A DNA stretch of 45,671 nt from Candidatus Dojkabacteria bacterium (lineage in GTDB: Bacteria; Patescibacteriota; Dojkabacteria; SC72; JAHDCA01): positions 2,604 through 48,274 of the forward strand of contig JALWDW010000012.1 of the NCBI GenBank assembly GCA_027036675.1, given 5' to 3'. A program made the translations under genes and the position numbers. The stretch's first letter is position 1. Each line of letters opens with the position of its first letter. Shown one piece after another: positions 10,044 through 20,032 of the stretch. Under the pieces are notes generated by a model. It saw only the letters and a list, made by a program, of their open reading frames with translations. It did no database searches and was not told the origin of the DNA.

Positions 10044-10742
10044 TCAAAACATTTTGTGCTGTTCCGGTATCTCGTCTTCGCCAGGTTCGAATGATGAACA
10101 CGCCTGCATAAAGTCGATTGCTTCATCGGACAGTGCGCTGACAAACTTGTTATCTTTGATATACATTCTCCACGGCTTCTGCGCAAAGGTGCCAGCGTAA
10201 TCGATACCTATCCTTGGGGCGCACATTATCTTTGATCTTGGTATGTCACTTGATCTAACGAGCCAGACTTTGTCGCTGAGCAGTGATGCAGCGTAAAAGC
10301 TCTTATCTATACCAAGTGCTGTACATAGTTTACCCGGGCCATTCGCCAAGTTAACAGTCTGCACGGCTTCGCCCCTTCGTTTCCGCATAATTTCCAGACC
10401 ATATACAGGTTCCAATGCACGGATGAGGACAACATCCCCGACACCTTCAGCCTCTGTGACAATGCACAATTGATAGTGTATTCCATAAATCAGGTAGACG
10501 TACAGTACACCTCCCGGAGTAAATTGAATTCTGGTTCTTCCTGTTACTTTATTAGGATAGGAATGTGAGGCTTTGTCCCAGCTGGCTATATAAGGTTCGA
10601 CCTCTACGATTTTACCCGCAGCGATGTCACCATTGATGTTGGTTACAAGGATCTTCCCCAACAGTTTCTCGGCCACAAGAAATGTTTCTCGACGAAAGAA
10701 GTCAATGTCGATTTTGTTATCCTTGTTTAGTAGATAATCCAT
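10044..10742 (-). CDS. mpg: DNA-3-methyladenine glycosylase (MPG/AAG family)
   Basis: LLGKILV, GKIVEVEPY, YVYLIYGIHY, VLIRALEP, NGPGKLC.ALGI and PRIGIDYA motifs. Confidence 0.95.
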   Translation of the reverse strand: MDYLLNKDNKIDIDFFRRETFLVAEKLLGKILVTNINGDIAAGKIVEVEPYIASWDKASHSYPNKVTGRTRIQFTPGGVLYVYLIYGIHYQLCIVTEAEGVGDVVLIRALEPVYGLEIMRKRRGEAVQTVNLANGPGKLCTALGIDKSFYAASLLSDKVWLVRSSDIPRSKIMCAPRIGIDYAGTFAQKPWRMYIKDNKFVSALSDEAIDFMQACSSFEPGEDEIPEQHKMF

Positions 10743-10767
10743 ATGATACTTGTTTTAATCGAAGCCC

Positions 10768-11820
10768 CTACTCTCCGGGCTTCCGTATTTTTGCCACGAA
10801 AAACCCTTCGGTATATTTACTGGGTATTACCCGTATAGCCTTTTTGTTCTCCGCGGAATACGTATGCCCGCTCCATTTCGTGATACCCGGAGTTATATAT
10901 CTTGCGTAATCTGCGAATTCCGGCGTCTTGTGTAGGTCGATTTCTTCCAAATACGCCTCAGCTTCACGCTCAAGCAAATGGTCGACGACCTCTTCGTTTT
11001 CCATAGGCTCCAATGTGCATGTGGAATAAACTAACGTCCCTCCGGGCTTAAGTAGTTTGTAAGCGGAAACGATCAATTTTTTCTGCAATTTGGACAGAGC
11101 TTTGGCTTTCTTGATGGACCAGTATCGCAATGCATTTTCTGACTGCATATAAACCATCCCTTCTCCGCTACACGGTGCGTCAAGCAGGATTTTGTCAAAT
11201 TGTTCAGCGTTGCCATCGGCATATTCATTGGCGTCCACGATTCGGACTTTGACATTGCGTGCATGAAACATGGGAAGAAGCTGTTGCATGCGAATTCCTC
11301 TCTTGAAATCGTTCTCCAACGCGACGATATTCGCCCGGTTTAAGGTGATGGCACAGATTTGTGTAGTCTTACTACCCGGGGCGGCGCACATATCCAGGAT
11401 GTTTTCACCGGCAACCGGGTTTAGCACCAATGGGGGGATCATGCTGGAAAGGTTTTGAATGTAATACATGCCCTTTTCGTACTCCGGCATGTCGCCGAGC
11501 TCACTTTTGTCTTTGTTAGTCACTATATACGTATCCGGCGCCCACTCCACACGTTGCATCTCCAGCCCTTTTTGTCGAAGTTTTTGGTAGATTTCTTGCG
11601 TGTCCCCGGCCAACGGATTTAGGCGGATGGTCGAAACAGTCCGTTGGGAGAAAAAATCCTTGGCCAGTTTCGGAGATACTTTGAGGATACTACCCATACG
11701 GGAGAGGAAAATATGTTTTTTGGTGTAGAAGCGGTCGGTCTTACCTGTGGAAAATCGAGACTTACGGTGTTTTCTGCGTTTGTCGCGGTATCCGCTCGCG
11801 TTGTGTCTTTTTCTTTTCAT
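10768..11820 (-). CDS. RsmB/RsmF/NOP2-family RNA m5C methyltransferase
   Basis: ILDMCAAPGSKTTQ, ILLDAPCSGEG, LVYSTCT..PMENE.VV and EGFFVAKIRK motifs. Start placed at ATG 11820 because a TGcTATACT -10 box lies 8 nt upstream; the ORF track uses 11838. Confidence 0.93.
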   Translation of the reverse strand: MKRKRHNASGYRDKRRKHRKSRFSTGKTDRFYTKKHIFLSRMGSILKVSPKLAKDFFSQRTVSTIRLNPLAGDTQEIYQKLRQKGLEMQRVEWAPDTYIVTNKDKSELGDMPEYEKGMYYIQNLSSMIPPLVLNPVAGENILDMCAAPGSKTTQICAITLNRANIVALENDFKRGIRMQQLLPMFHARNVKVRIVDANEYADGNAEQFDKILLDAPCSGEGMVYMQSENALRYWSIKKAKALSKLQKKLIVSAYKLLKPGGTLVYSTCTLEPMENEEVVDHLLEREAEAYLEEIDLHKTPEFADYARYITPGITKWSGHTYSAENKKAIRVIPSKYTEGFFVAKIRKPGE

Positions 11821-11847
11821 TGGGTCTAAGTATAGCATGGCGGGTGT

Positions 11848-11876
11848 TTGACAATTGGGGGGACTTTATGTATATT
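11848..11876 (+). promoter_or_regulatory. Putative sigma70 promoter for the 169-aa/2469-aa gene pair
   Basis: TTGACA-17 bp-TATATT. Confidence 0.6.
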
Positions 11877-11897
11877 GGTACTGATTAACTAAGCTTA

Positions 11898-12407
11898 GTG
11901 TTTTCGCAATTTATGTCGTTACAGCTATTAGAGCCTATAAACAAGCGTATACTTGATCTTGATATATTCACTTTGTTGGGTCTTGCAGACTTGAGTCAGA
12001 CTGAAAAGGACCTGTTCTTGAAGCGGATGAATAAGTTGGCGATTGATCTGTTTCTTTTGAAGCTGACTGGGCAGATGAAACCTGAAATCCGAAGGGCTGT
12101 TGTCGATAAGTATGCGGATGTTACGGAACTGGATGACGAGGGGTTGAAAATATTCATCAAGGATATTACCAATCATGTTCCAGATGCCAGCGATTTGTTT
12201 GTTGACTCACTCGCACAGGTCAAAGCCTCACTTGTACAGGATCACTATAAAACAAAGAGGCTAGCTTATGAATCGTTGCTACTGAAAACTATGGATAAGG
12301 AGAAACGGGCGCTGATCGAAGAGCAAATTGAAAAATGCAAAAAAAACGAGGAGATGGCCGCCAATGGACAATGGGATGCTGTCACCGCGTTGGTTGAGTT
12401 GGCTTGA
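11898..12407 (+). CDS. Small helical hypothetical protein, possibly DUF5663-like
   Basis: DIFTLLGLADLSQTEKDLFL resembles a common CPR small-protein N-terminus. Likely start is ATG 11913. Ends 23 bp upstream of the giant gene. Confidence 0.7.
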   Translation: MFSQFMSLQLLEPINKRILDLDIFTLLGLADLSQTEKDLFLKRMNKLAIDLFLLKLTGQMKPEIRRAVVDKYADVTELDDEGLKIFIKDITNHVPDASDLFVDSLAQVKASLVQDHYKTKRLAYESLLLKTMDKEKRALIEEQIEKCKKNEEMAANGQWDAVTALVELA

Positions 12408-12430
12408 GCTTATTTAAAATTTTAACCTAA

Positions 12431-15400
12431 TTGAAAATGGAAATGATGGGAATGTCTGAAAATTTTTCCGATGGGGCTCTGGACTCCGAAGTTGTCAAAG
12501 TACAACAATTTGAGTCAGCTGAGGTGAACTTCGATGGTGGAGTAGACGTTGAAGGTATAATAAGTATAACTGGCGGTGACGGTCTCCTCGTCAAGGGTGA
12601 ACAGGGAAACACTTTCACTATTCGTAGTGAGTTTGGTTTCGATGACGATGATGGAATGCATGGTCCATTTACCCTTGAAATTATGTCTGACGGTGCTGAA
12701 AAGCCATCCGTAGTGCTGAATGCTACTTGGAAACAAGTGGAGAGTGCTGGTCAAGGTGGGAATGTGATGGATAAAGGACGCGTGGAGTCGGATGCCTTGT
12801 CGGAACTGCAAGAAGTAGTGGATGTCTTGCGTGGTGCACGTGAAGCAGTTGCTAAAGATGATAGGGTTGGATCTGAAGATGGTGCCGGTGATTTGGTTAA
12901 GGTGTTAGATGGTATGATAGGGGCTGTGACTGGGGAAGGTGCTCACACAGAAACTAAGAAAATCCATGCGAAAGAGGATGACGGTGACCAGGTGGACGTG
13001 GCTACGCCTGCGGAAGCTTACGCAAAGTTAGCGTTGCAGGGTTTTGAGGTTAGTAGGGAAGACGGTGTTGCTCTTCATGTGGATTCTCTGAAAGAGGCCT
13101 CTACTATTGAAGTCGGTGACCTTACGATCGAAGTTTCACCAAACGATGACTCTAGCGATATAAGTATTGAGTTCACTGACCGTGATGGTGGAAATGTATC
13201 ACTGACCCTGGGGTATTCTACTGAAGCATCTGAAAGTGGTGAGGAGACGTCCTTGTTTGAGAAAGCAGCTGTTAGCACGGATGACGTTCGTCATCTGGAA
13301 GGGATAGTTAAGAAGTTATCCGAGGTGAATTTTGACGGATTGGAACCTGAAGATAATGAGCGACTGGCGGCATTGAAGACGTTGGTTGATATGGTGGATG
13401 AGCAAGCTGAAGAGGTCGTTGCTCAAAAGATTGCTGATTATAGGAGTGCGGGACGTAAATTAGCACTCAATTATGCTACACACCAGGCTGAAGTGAACGA
13501 AAATGTCAAGGAAGGACATGAGAGGATGGAAGCAAGGGCGAGAAATCGTATATATGTAAATGCTAAAGAGAGAGCGAAGCAACGTCACCTCGAAAAAATA
13601 GCCGCACAAGAGGATATGATGTGGGATGCCCATGGGCTTACGGAGTTTGTCGGTAATGATGTCGTAGAGGAAGCTAAGCGTAATTTCGCAAATGTACAGA
13701 AGATGGTGGAGAGTGGAGGGGCTGTTGTTGAAGTGGACAGTGACTATAAAGAACTGGCTTCCAAAGGGTTCGATGGGTCGTTTAAGCTGTACTCGTCCAT
13801 AAGTGAGGGTTTATCCTTGCATGGTAAGGAATATATGGTGTTGCAGGGGAAAGATGGTAGTGTAGGAGGATTTGTCGAGGCGGATCAGCTTGTCCGTGCT
13901 CTTATCACCGAGCCAACATTTAATGTTGATGTTGAGAACGGGGTTGTCACCATCCTTGTACCCGGTGGCAGCGGTACGGCGGAGTCTGAAGAAGGCGGGG
14001 TTTCACACTATCGAAGTATAACTCTACCTATGGCAAAGGCTATGGAGATGTATGCACAAGTTGAGCAGTATCACTTGTCGCAAGTCGAAGATGATATGGA
14101 AGGTGTTCAAGAGGGTGAACGAAAGGATGGACAGACGGGCAAGGTCGCACCTTCAGAAATCAAAGCTTCAGGTACTTATGCAGACTTCTGGGAGACGATG
14201 GGCTCATCGCGCTACCAAAGGGCTGAATCCCTTGAACAGGGAGAAAAAACTAATGTCGACGCTGTCGCAAAGGCGGTGTTTGAAATGCTCGTTCAGAAAG
14301 GGTATATCATTGACCCAGATGACCTACGCGTATTGGAAGATCGTATACACGATCTCGAGGAAGGGGAGACGGACACTAGGCGTACAGAGTACGCGACGTA
14401 TGAGAGGGTGAAGCGTATAGAGGAGCTATTTGAAATAATAGGCGTGCATGATCGCGATCTAAGAAATCGTGTTATAGAGTTAAAAGTGAGTATTGAGGAG
14501 CTACCTATGCGTGCCAGGCGTAATGCTGTTGTGGAAGTTGTCAACGAAGGTGACCCAGATAAGGCAGGCCCCGCATTACTGGCGCAGATGATTATTGCAG
14601 CAATGGAACAGGAGACTGAGATTATGGGAGAGTTACATATTGACTCCGGGCCAAATAATAAAGCAGCAGAAAACGATGTGAATACTGCTAGTCAAGTTGG
14701 TAGCACTGGCGAAGGGGTTGAGTCGTTGTCAGATATACGCGACATTGTGGATGCAGCAGCTACAGACCCCGATGTACGCGCGGGGTTGGAATCTCTTGGG
14801 TTTCCAGAATTTGATCCCGAGAATCCAAAGGAGTTTTCTGATGCAGTGAACGAATATCTACGTCTCCACCCTGTAGCTGAACAATTAATCAAAGATTATC
14901 TGAAGGCACAACAGGGTGGCGATGGAGGGGTTATTGAAACGGAGGTTAGAGAGACCTCTGGTGTCGACCCGAAAGAAGTTTATAATAAATATCAGAAGGC
15001 GTTAGCACGGATCTCGCAAGACGCTGTGCAAGATTTGCAACCTAAAGTTGATGCGCTTGCTGATAGGGTGGATGTCCCGCGTGTAGAAGCAGATATCCCG
15101 ACAGTAGAAGCTTCTTCCACTGCGGAGAATGCATCACGTGAATCGCAAAAAGAATCACTCTCTGCTATGGTAGAAAAGAATCTTGCTGAAATTGAAAGGT
15201 TGCGCGAAGATTTGCAGCGAATCGATCAACGACTCGGCCAGTTGCAGGATACGATGACAAAAATACTTGAATATCTGGAATCCGGTTCTCCAAGCGAAGG
15301 AGCGCTGGCTGAACTTTTGGCCGTTACGAACGCTAAGCCCGCTGCGGAAAAGGCGGAGTCGGATGAGAAAGACGGTGACCCTGTGTCTGAGCTCATAAAC

Positions 15401-18400
15401 ATTATCACCCAAAAAACCGGTGCAGAAGATCTTCAGTCAATGACCGTTGAAGACGTGATACGTTTGTTGCAAGGTAGCTTGAACGTATCGGAAGCCTCGC
15501 CTGTGCAAAGAAAGGATGGTGGTGTGGAGCAAGTTGGTGCGACAGTGGGTGGAGCCGGTAGTGAGGGTGCGAAACTTTCTGACAAAGATGTTGAGCTGAT
15601 GCAAACCATACTGACGTTGCTCGAAGGTATTGGCGCATCTCAAGAAAACGGAACGGATGCATCTGTAAGGTCAGGAGAAGGTGAATCTATTGATCCGACG
15701 AAAGTATCCTTTGGAGAAGTATTGCAAAAAATGCTTAGCGATGCCGGAGAGGGTGGAGCGAATAAGTTGCCAGAAAATCTCGCACATATTCTCGATCTTC
15801 TTAAAGATGCGCAACCTAGCGAAAACGCAGCTGAAAATGTTATTGAGGGTGGTAGCCTATCACTGGAGCATGTACAGGATTTGATCGATAGTCTTATAGC
15901 CTCTACCCCTGGGTTTGAAGATATTGAGGGTGTCACTTTGAAAGACTTGAGGAAACTGGTGTCTAATGAGCTCAGTAAAGATGGTGGCTCGCCGAACTCT
16001 GATGCATTGCAACTCTTGTCAATGTTGCTGGATGCGTATTCTGCAGGGGGCGATCCCTCGGAAGATGGAAAAGTAAAGATAGATGATTTCAAGAAAATTT
16101 TACAAACTGGTGGTTTCAAAGATTTAGTACGGCAGTATGCGGAAGAACAAACTAATATACGAAAGAAAGCAGAGGGACAGTTGGAATCTACGCGAGAAGA
16201 GATCGACACTCTTACACGGGAGCGTGATCGGATTAAGGCAGAGATAGACCGGCGGATGGCGGAAAACGCACGTGTGGAAGATGCCCAGGCTACGTTGAAT
16301 ACGGAGGGAGTGCTCGCTGAGGCTGATATGAACGGTTTTACCGTAGAACAATTGCATGACGAGTCTCAAGCCCTCTGGCAAGAGATACAGCAGTACAACG
16401 AGGTTGAAGCTGTGATTGAGGGGGCAAGGGATGCAATCGCCGTGATGAATGTGTTCATAGAGATGACTGATGAAGAGTTTGCAACCTTTGCAAGTCAGTT
16501 GATACAAGATTCGCACCGATTAAACCAACCTGCCCTCAAGGAGTTTGCCGACGAATTTTTGAAGGACAGAGGCACTCGTACTGTTAAGCGAGAAGCGTCA
16601 CTATCATCTTTTATAGGGTTCTTGAACGCTCGTCTCAACGATGAATCTTACCGTTGGGATTCCTTGGAAGAGAAGGAAATGTACCAAAAAGCCTACGAAT
16701 ACTTGCAAGACTTGGTGATGAATGACCCGTCATTGGGAGACTTCTTGATGTTTCGTCGTGCAGAGCCGGCGGATTCCGTCGAAGAACAGAATGACCTGTA
16801 CTTATTTGTGAATCAAGATATTCATGCATTGAATGCTGAACTGGACTCTATCGCACAAGGGAGGTCTTTGGATCAGATGCAAAGCGATTTGCAGGGGATC
16901 AACGCGGAGTTGGCCCGTCGAGGTGAGAGAGTTGATGTCCCGACATTGGCGGAGCAGGCTGCGGAGACCGCCAGAAATAGTGATGTCTTGAACAGTAACT
17001 TGGACGCACTCTCAAGCGAAATAGACTTACTTGCCCAAAAGCAAGAGGCTGAGACGGGCGGTATAGCCAAGTTTTTCAAAAAGGCGGCGGATATATTGAC
17101 GCCCGTGCTTGGCGGTATCGGTACTAAGATGTTGTTGGGTGCTGGTACGGCTGCGTTGGTTGGCGCGACTATAGCCTCAGGCGGACTTCTCGGTATCGCG
17201 GTTGCTACAGTGGCAGGTGCGACTGTAGGTGCAGCCGGAGGTGCGCTGACAGGTGGTCTTTTCTCAGGGGTTCTCCACTATGATGTCTTTTACACAGATA
17301 AGCATAATCCTTGGGCGGAACATGCGCGGAAGACAAACGCCATATGGAATACGCTGACTGGGAAAAATAAGGTGAGGGAACGTATGATTTCGGAGTACCG
17401 TATCCAAGATAGACTCGGTGTGTTGGCACAGACCTTCCAACATCTTGATGTAATGCGAGTAAATGGTGTGTCATCATACGACATGGCGACAGTCTCAGAA
17501 GTTACCGGCTTATCAGAGGCTGCGCTTCAAGAAGCATTTGTACAAATGTATGTACTGCGTGAATTGACGAATTATATAGGACTTGAAGATGTGTTGCCAC
17601 AAGTTCAGAACGCTGATGGGCAAAATGTGGATTTGATGACTGTACTGACTTCACTGTCCAGAACACTTCCAGTCATTGCGCAAACAAATGGTTGGGATAT
17701 AAATGCATTGAAAGATCGGGGCGATGATATGGCGACTGAAGCATACAAGAAAGGAAAGAGTGCGGCGATTTGGATGAAAGTGAAGAAAGGGGCGTTGATC
17801 GGAGGTATAGCAGGTGGGATCGCTGGCTTGATAGACGGATTACATGCAGCTAAGACAGCTGCAGAAGGTGTCCAGGCGGGGCAAGCTCATATTGCTGAGC
17901 TAGGTAAACAGGCCGGTGAAGAACAGGAGAAGGCTATAAGGGCAGCATTGTTGAAAGGTGGAGAGGACCCTACCAAAGCAGCTAAATTGATGGGAAAGTT
18001 TGATTTAAATGGAGATGGTTTCCTGAGTGGTGGAGAGTTGGCTCGAATGCGGGAGGCTATGATGGGTGGTGTTGGTCACGTCACGCCTCCTCATAGTGCA
18101 TGGGAACAGCTACAAGCACAGATGTCAGGTGGAAGTGTCAATATGCAACATGTGTTTCCCAAATGGGACCTAGCGAGTACACATGCACATGGCGCAATGT
18201 GGGATATGCGTCCGGATGGCTCGGCTTGGAGTGGTTTGCAACATAACGCGATGGAGGCGCTTGCAAGTCATGTGGATCCTGCGACGTTGCAACAACCGGA
18301 TGCGATGAATGCTTACCTGGATTTGCTTTATAGTCATGTAGACAAAGCGGGGAATGTAGTCTCCAATACATTTACAGATAAGGATGTATTGCAAGCTTTG

Positions 18401-19840
18401 GCGGCGCACGGCTTGAGTCCGTTGAGCCAGCCTGTAGCTGCTGTTGCACCTGGCTGGGCTAATGCCGACCTCTTCGCGCAGTTGAATCAAATACAGCAAG
18501 CGATGGTAGGTGCGCAGGTAGTCAAGACTGCCGTGGTAGCGGCTCCGGCTGTCGACGCTGCCGTGACAGGCGGTGTCTTGGGAGCTGCAGTGGGTACGGG
18601 ATTGGTATCAGCCTTGCTGTATGCGCCGGATGACAAAGCTGCTGGCATGCGACAAACTGCTTCTGCTCCAGCGACAGCGGGGAACAGTGGTGGATCACGG
18701 GGACCTAATCCACCTGTACAACCGAGAGGAAGTGGACGTCGAGGTGGTGGTAGGTGGATCCCTGCAGATGATGGATCACAACCAAGGTCTCGAGGTGGTG
18801 GTTGGGTTCCTGCAAATGGTGGGCCACGTCCTGGGTGGGATGGACGAACGCCGAGAGGGCGCGTTGATCAAGGATATCCACCGGTAGCTCCGCAGAGTTA
18901 CAGAGGGCGTGAATTCTCTCCCACAGCCCAGCGTACTATGGTGACAGGTCTTGATCGTAGGCAAGTCACACAACAAACTCAGGTTGTTCAGGATAATCGT
19001 CAGCACATTGATGTTGGGGGTGGAAACAAACTTCCTCGTGATAATGGGGGTGGGGCTGCCCGCTTCATTAACAATATAAAGATCGTCAATAATGGCTCGC
19101 AAGGTCTGACAGGTGGAGGGCGAGGGTCGTCTGTGAATTTGGGTGATGGAGGAAGCCAGTCGTGGCGCGTTGCACCACCGGTTCCTAAGGGTGATTCCAA
19201 TGATTTCAATATTGAAGAGGAAACTTGGAGGCGGCGGTTAACACATAAGTGGGCTGGAGAGGGCGTAGGTGAGCCCGAAGCACCTTCAACTAGAAGAAGG
19301 ACGACACAACATGGACCAAGTATTGATAGCATCAATACTGATTTTGAAACTGCTGCTCGTCAAGAACGGCAAGAACTGCAAGATCAGGCCGAAGATATTG
19401 GGGTGCCTCGTTTGCAAAGGATCAGGGGGGCTGGTGCCACGAGGGTACCTTCGAGAGGGGCTCTTAAGGAAGTCGGTGCGAAGCCACCACCCGTGGAACC
19501 GCAAACCACTCATCAAGGTAGACCCGCGCCAGCTGTTCGGCATGTGAATCCGACAGACGACCCCGGATTTCTTAGTAGAAAACGAGTTAATGACGCTGGT
19601 CTGGGCACCGCTGGGTCACCAGAAAACTCGCAATGGCAAGAATGGAATAGTAGCAATGGTGCCATAGCAGGGGCAGGGGAGTATGTGTCGTCAGAGATGT
19701 ATACCCCAAAAAACAGCCCGGGCCTGAGGAAGCGAGCCAAATCTCGGTTCAATGCATTTCTAAGCAGTATGGGTGACGCCATGAGCGAGCCAGTAATTAG
19801 AATTCCGAAGCCACGGTGGGGTTGGCGCCGTAAGAAGTAA
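12431..19840 (+). CDS. Giant 2469-aa hypothetical protein (acidic N-region, coiled coils, glycine-zipper hydrophobic segments, EF-hand, Arg/Gly/Pro-rich disordered tail)
   Basis: 7.4-kb uninterrupted ORF with no N-terminal signal peptide. Gly/Ala hydrophobic runs at ~17093-17275, 17789-17842 and 18533-18622. DLNGDGFLSGGE at 18002-18037. Confidence 0.9.
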   Translation: MKMEMMGMSENFSDGALDSEVVKVQQFESAEVNFDGGVDVEGIISITGGDGLLVKGEQGNTFTIRSEFGFDDDDGMHGPFTLEIMSDGAEKPSVVLNATWKQVESAGQGGNVMDKGRVESDALSELQEVVDVLRGAREAVAKDDRVGSEDGAGDLVKVLDGMIGAVTGEGAHTETKKIHAKEDDGDQVDVATPAEAYAKLALQGFEVSREDGVALHVDSLKEASTIEVGDLTIEVSPNDDSSDISIEFTDRDGGNVSLTLGYSTEASESGEETSLFEKAAVSTDDVRHLEGIVKKLSEVNFDGLEPEDNERLAALKTLVDMVDEQAEEVVAQKIADYRSAGRKLALNYATHQAEVNENVKEGHERMEARARNRIYVNAKERAKQRHLEKIAAQEDMMWDAHGLTEFVGNDVVEEAKRNFANVQKMVESGGAVVEVDSDYKELASKGFDGSFKLYSSISEGLSLHGKEYMVLQGKDGSVGGFVEADQLVRALITEPTFNVDVENGVVTILVPGGSGTAESEEGGVSHYRSITLPMAKAMEMYAQVEQYHLSQVEDDMEGVQEGERKDGQTGKVAPSEIKASGTYADFWETMGSSRYQRAESLEQGEKTNVDAVAKAVFEMLVQKGYIIDPDDLRVLEDRIHDLEEGETDTRRTEYATYERVKRIEELFEIIGVHDRDLRNRVIELKVSIEELPMRARRNAVVEVVNEGDPDKAGPALLAQMIIAAMEQETEIMGELHIDSGPNNKAAENDVNTASQVGSTGEGVESLSDIRDIVDAAATDPDVRAGLESLGFPEFDPENPKEFSDAVNEYLRLHPVAEQLIKDYLKAQQGGDGGVIETEVRETSGVDPKEVYNKYQKALARISQDAVQDLQPKVDALADRVDVPRVEADIPTVEASSTAENASRESQKESLSAMVEKNLAEIERLREDLQRIDQRLGQLQDTMTKILEYLESGSPSEGALAELLAVTNAKPAAEKAESDEKDGDPVSELINIITQKTGAEDLQSMTVEDVIRLLQGSLNVSEASPVQRKDGGVEQVGATVGGAGSEGAKLSDKDVELMQTILTLLEGIGASQENGTDASVRSGEGESIDPTKVSFGEVLQKMLSDAGEGGANKLPENLAHILDLLKDAQPSENAAENVIEGGSLSLEHVQDLIDSLIASTPGFEDIEGVTLKDLRKLVSNELSKDGGSPNSDALQLLSMLLDAYSAGGDPSEDGKVKIDDFKKILQTGGFKDLVRQYAEEQTNIRKKAEGQLESTREEIDTLTRERDRIKAEIDRRMAENARVEDAQATLNTEGVLAEADMNGFTVEQLHDESQALWQEIQQYNEVEAVIEGARDAIAVMNVFIEMTDEEFATFASQLIQDSHRLNQPALKEFADEFLKDRGTRTVKREASLSSFIGFLNARLNDESYRWDSLEEKEMYQKAYEYLQDLVMNDPSLGDFLMFRRAEPADSVEEQNDLYLFVNQDIHALNAELDSIAQGRSLDQMQSDLQGINAELARRGERVDVPTLAEQAAETARNSDVLNSNLDALSSEIDLLAQKQEAETGGIAKFFKKAADILTPVLGGIGTKMLLGAGTAALVGATIASGGLLGIAVATVAGATVGAAGGALTGGLFSGVLHYDVFYTDKHNPWAEHARKTNAIWNTLTGKNKVRERMISEYRIQDRLGVLAQTFQHLDVMRVNGVSSYDMATVSEVTGLSEAALQEAFVQMYVLRELTNYIGLEDVLPQVQNADGQNVDLMTVLTSLSRTLPVIAQTNGWDINALKDRGDDMATEAYKKGKSAAIWMKVKKGALIGGIAGGIAGLIDGLHAAKTAAEGVQAGQAHIAELGKQAGEEQEKAIRAALLKGGEDPTKAAKLMGKFDLNGDGFLSGGELARMREAMMGGVGHVTPPHSAWEQLQAQMSGGSVNMQHVFPKWDLASTHAHGAMWDMRPDGSAWSGLQHNAMEALASHVDPATLQQPDAMNAYLDLLYSHVDKAGNVVSNTFTDKDVLQALAAHGLSPLSQPVAAVAPGWANADLFAQLNQIQQAMVGAQVVKTAVVAAPAVDAAVTGGVLGAAVGTGLVSALLYAPDDKAAGMRQTASAPATAGNSGGSRGPNPPVQPRGSGRRGGGRWIPADDGSQPRSRGGGWVPANGGPRPGWDGRTPRGRVDQGYPPVAPQSYRGREFSPTAQRTMVTGLDRRQVTQQTQVVQDNRQHIDVGGGNKLPRDNGGGAARFINNIKIVNNGSQGLTGGGRGSSVNLGDGGSQSWRVAPPVPKGDSNDFNIEEETWRRRLTHKWAGEGVGEPEAPSTRRRTTQHGPSIDSINTDFETAARQERQELQDQAEDIGVPRLQRIRGAGATRVPSRGALKEVGAKPPPVEPQTTHQGRPAPAVRHVNPTDDPGFLSRKRVNDAGLGTAGSPENSQWQEWNSSNGAIAGAGEYVSSEMYTPKNSPGLRKRAKSRFNAFLSSMGDAMSEPVIRIPKPRWGWRRKK

Positions 19841-19855
19841 AGCGTCCTTGAGGTC

Positions 19856-20032
19856 TGGAGTTTCGAAAAAAACGAAAAATAAAAGTACGGACCGGGCTAA
19901 ATGTATGATTCGGAGCTATCGTGATATCTTGCGCGTCGAGCGTACTATTAGTATCCTCGACGTGCACGCCGTCGATAGTAATCATGCGTCAAGACAACTT
20001 TTGTCCCTTATCTCCGAGTTTTGCAATTTCCA
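19856..20032 (+). ncRNA. Candidate structured ncRNA (6S RNA-like rod)
   Basis: Nested helices 19901-19910/19980-19989, 19916-19921/19973-19978, 19930-19940/19956-19966 and 19943-19946/19950-19953. Weaker outer helices enclose an unpaired bubble. G-U pairs favour the + strand. ~177 nt. Confidence 0.4.
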
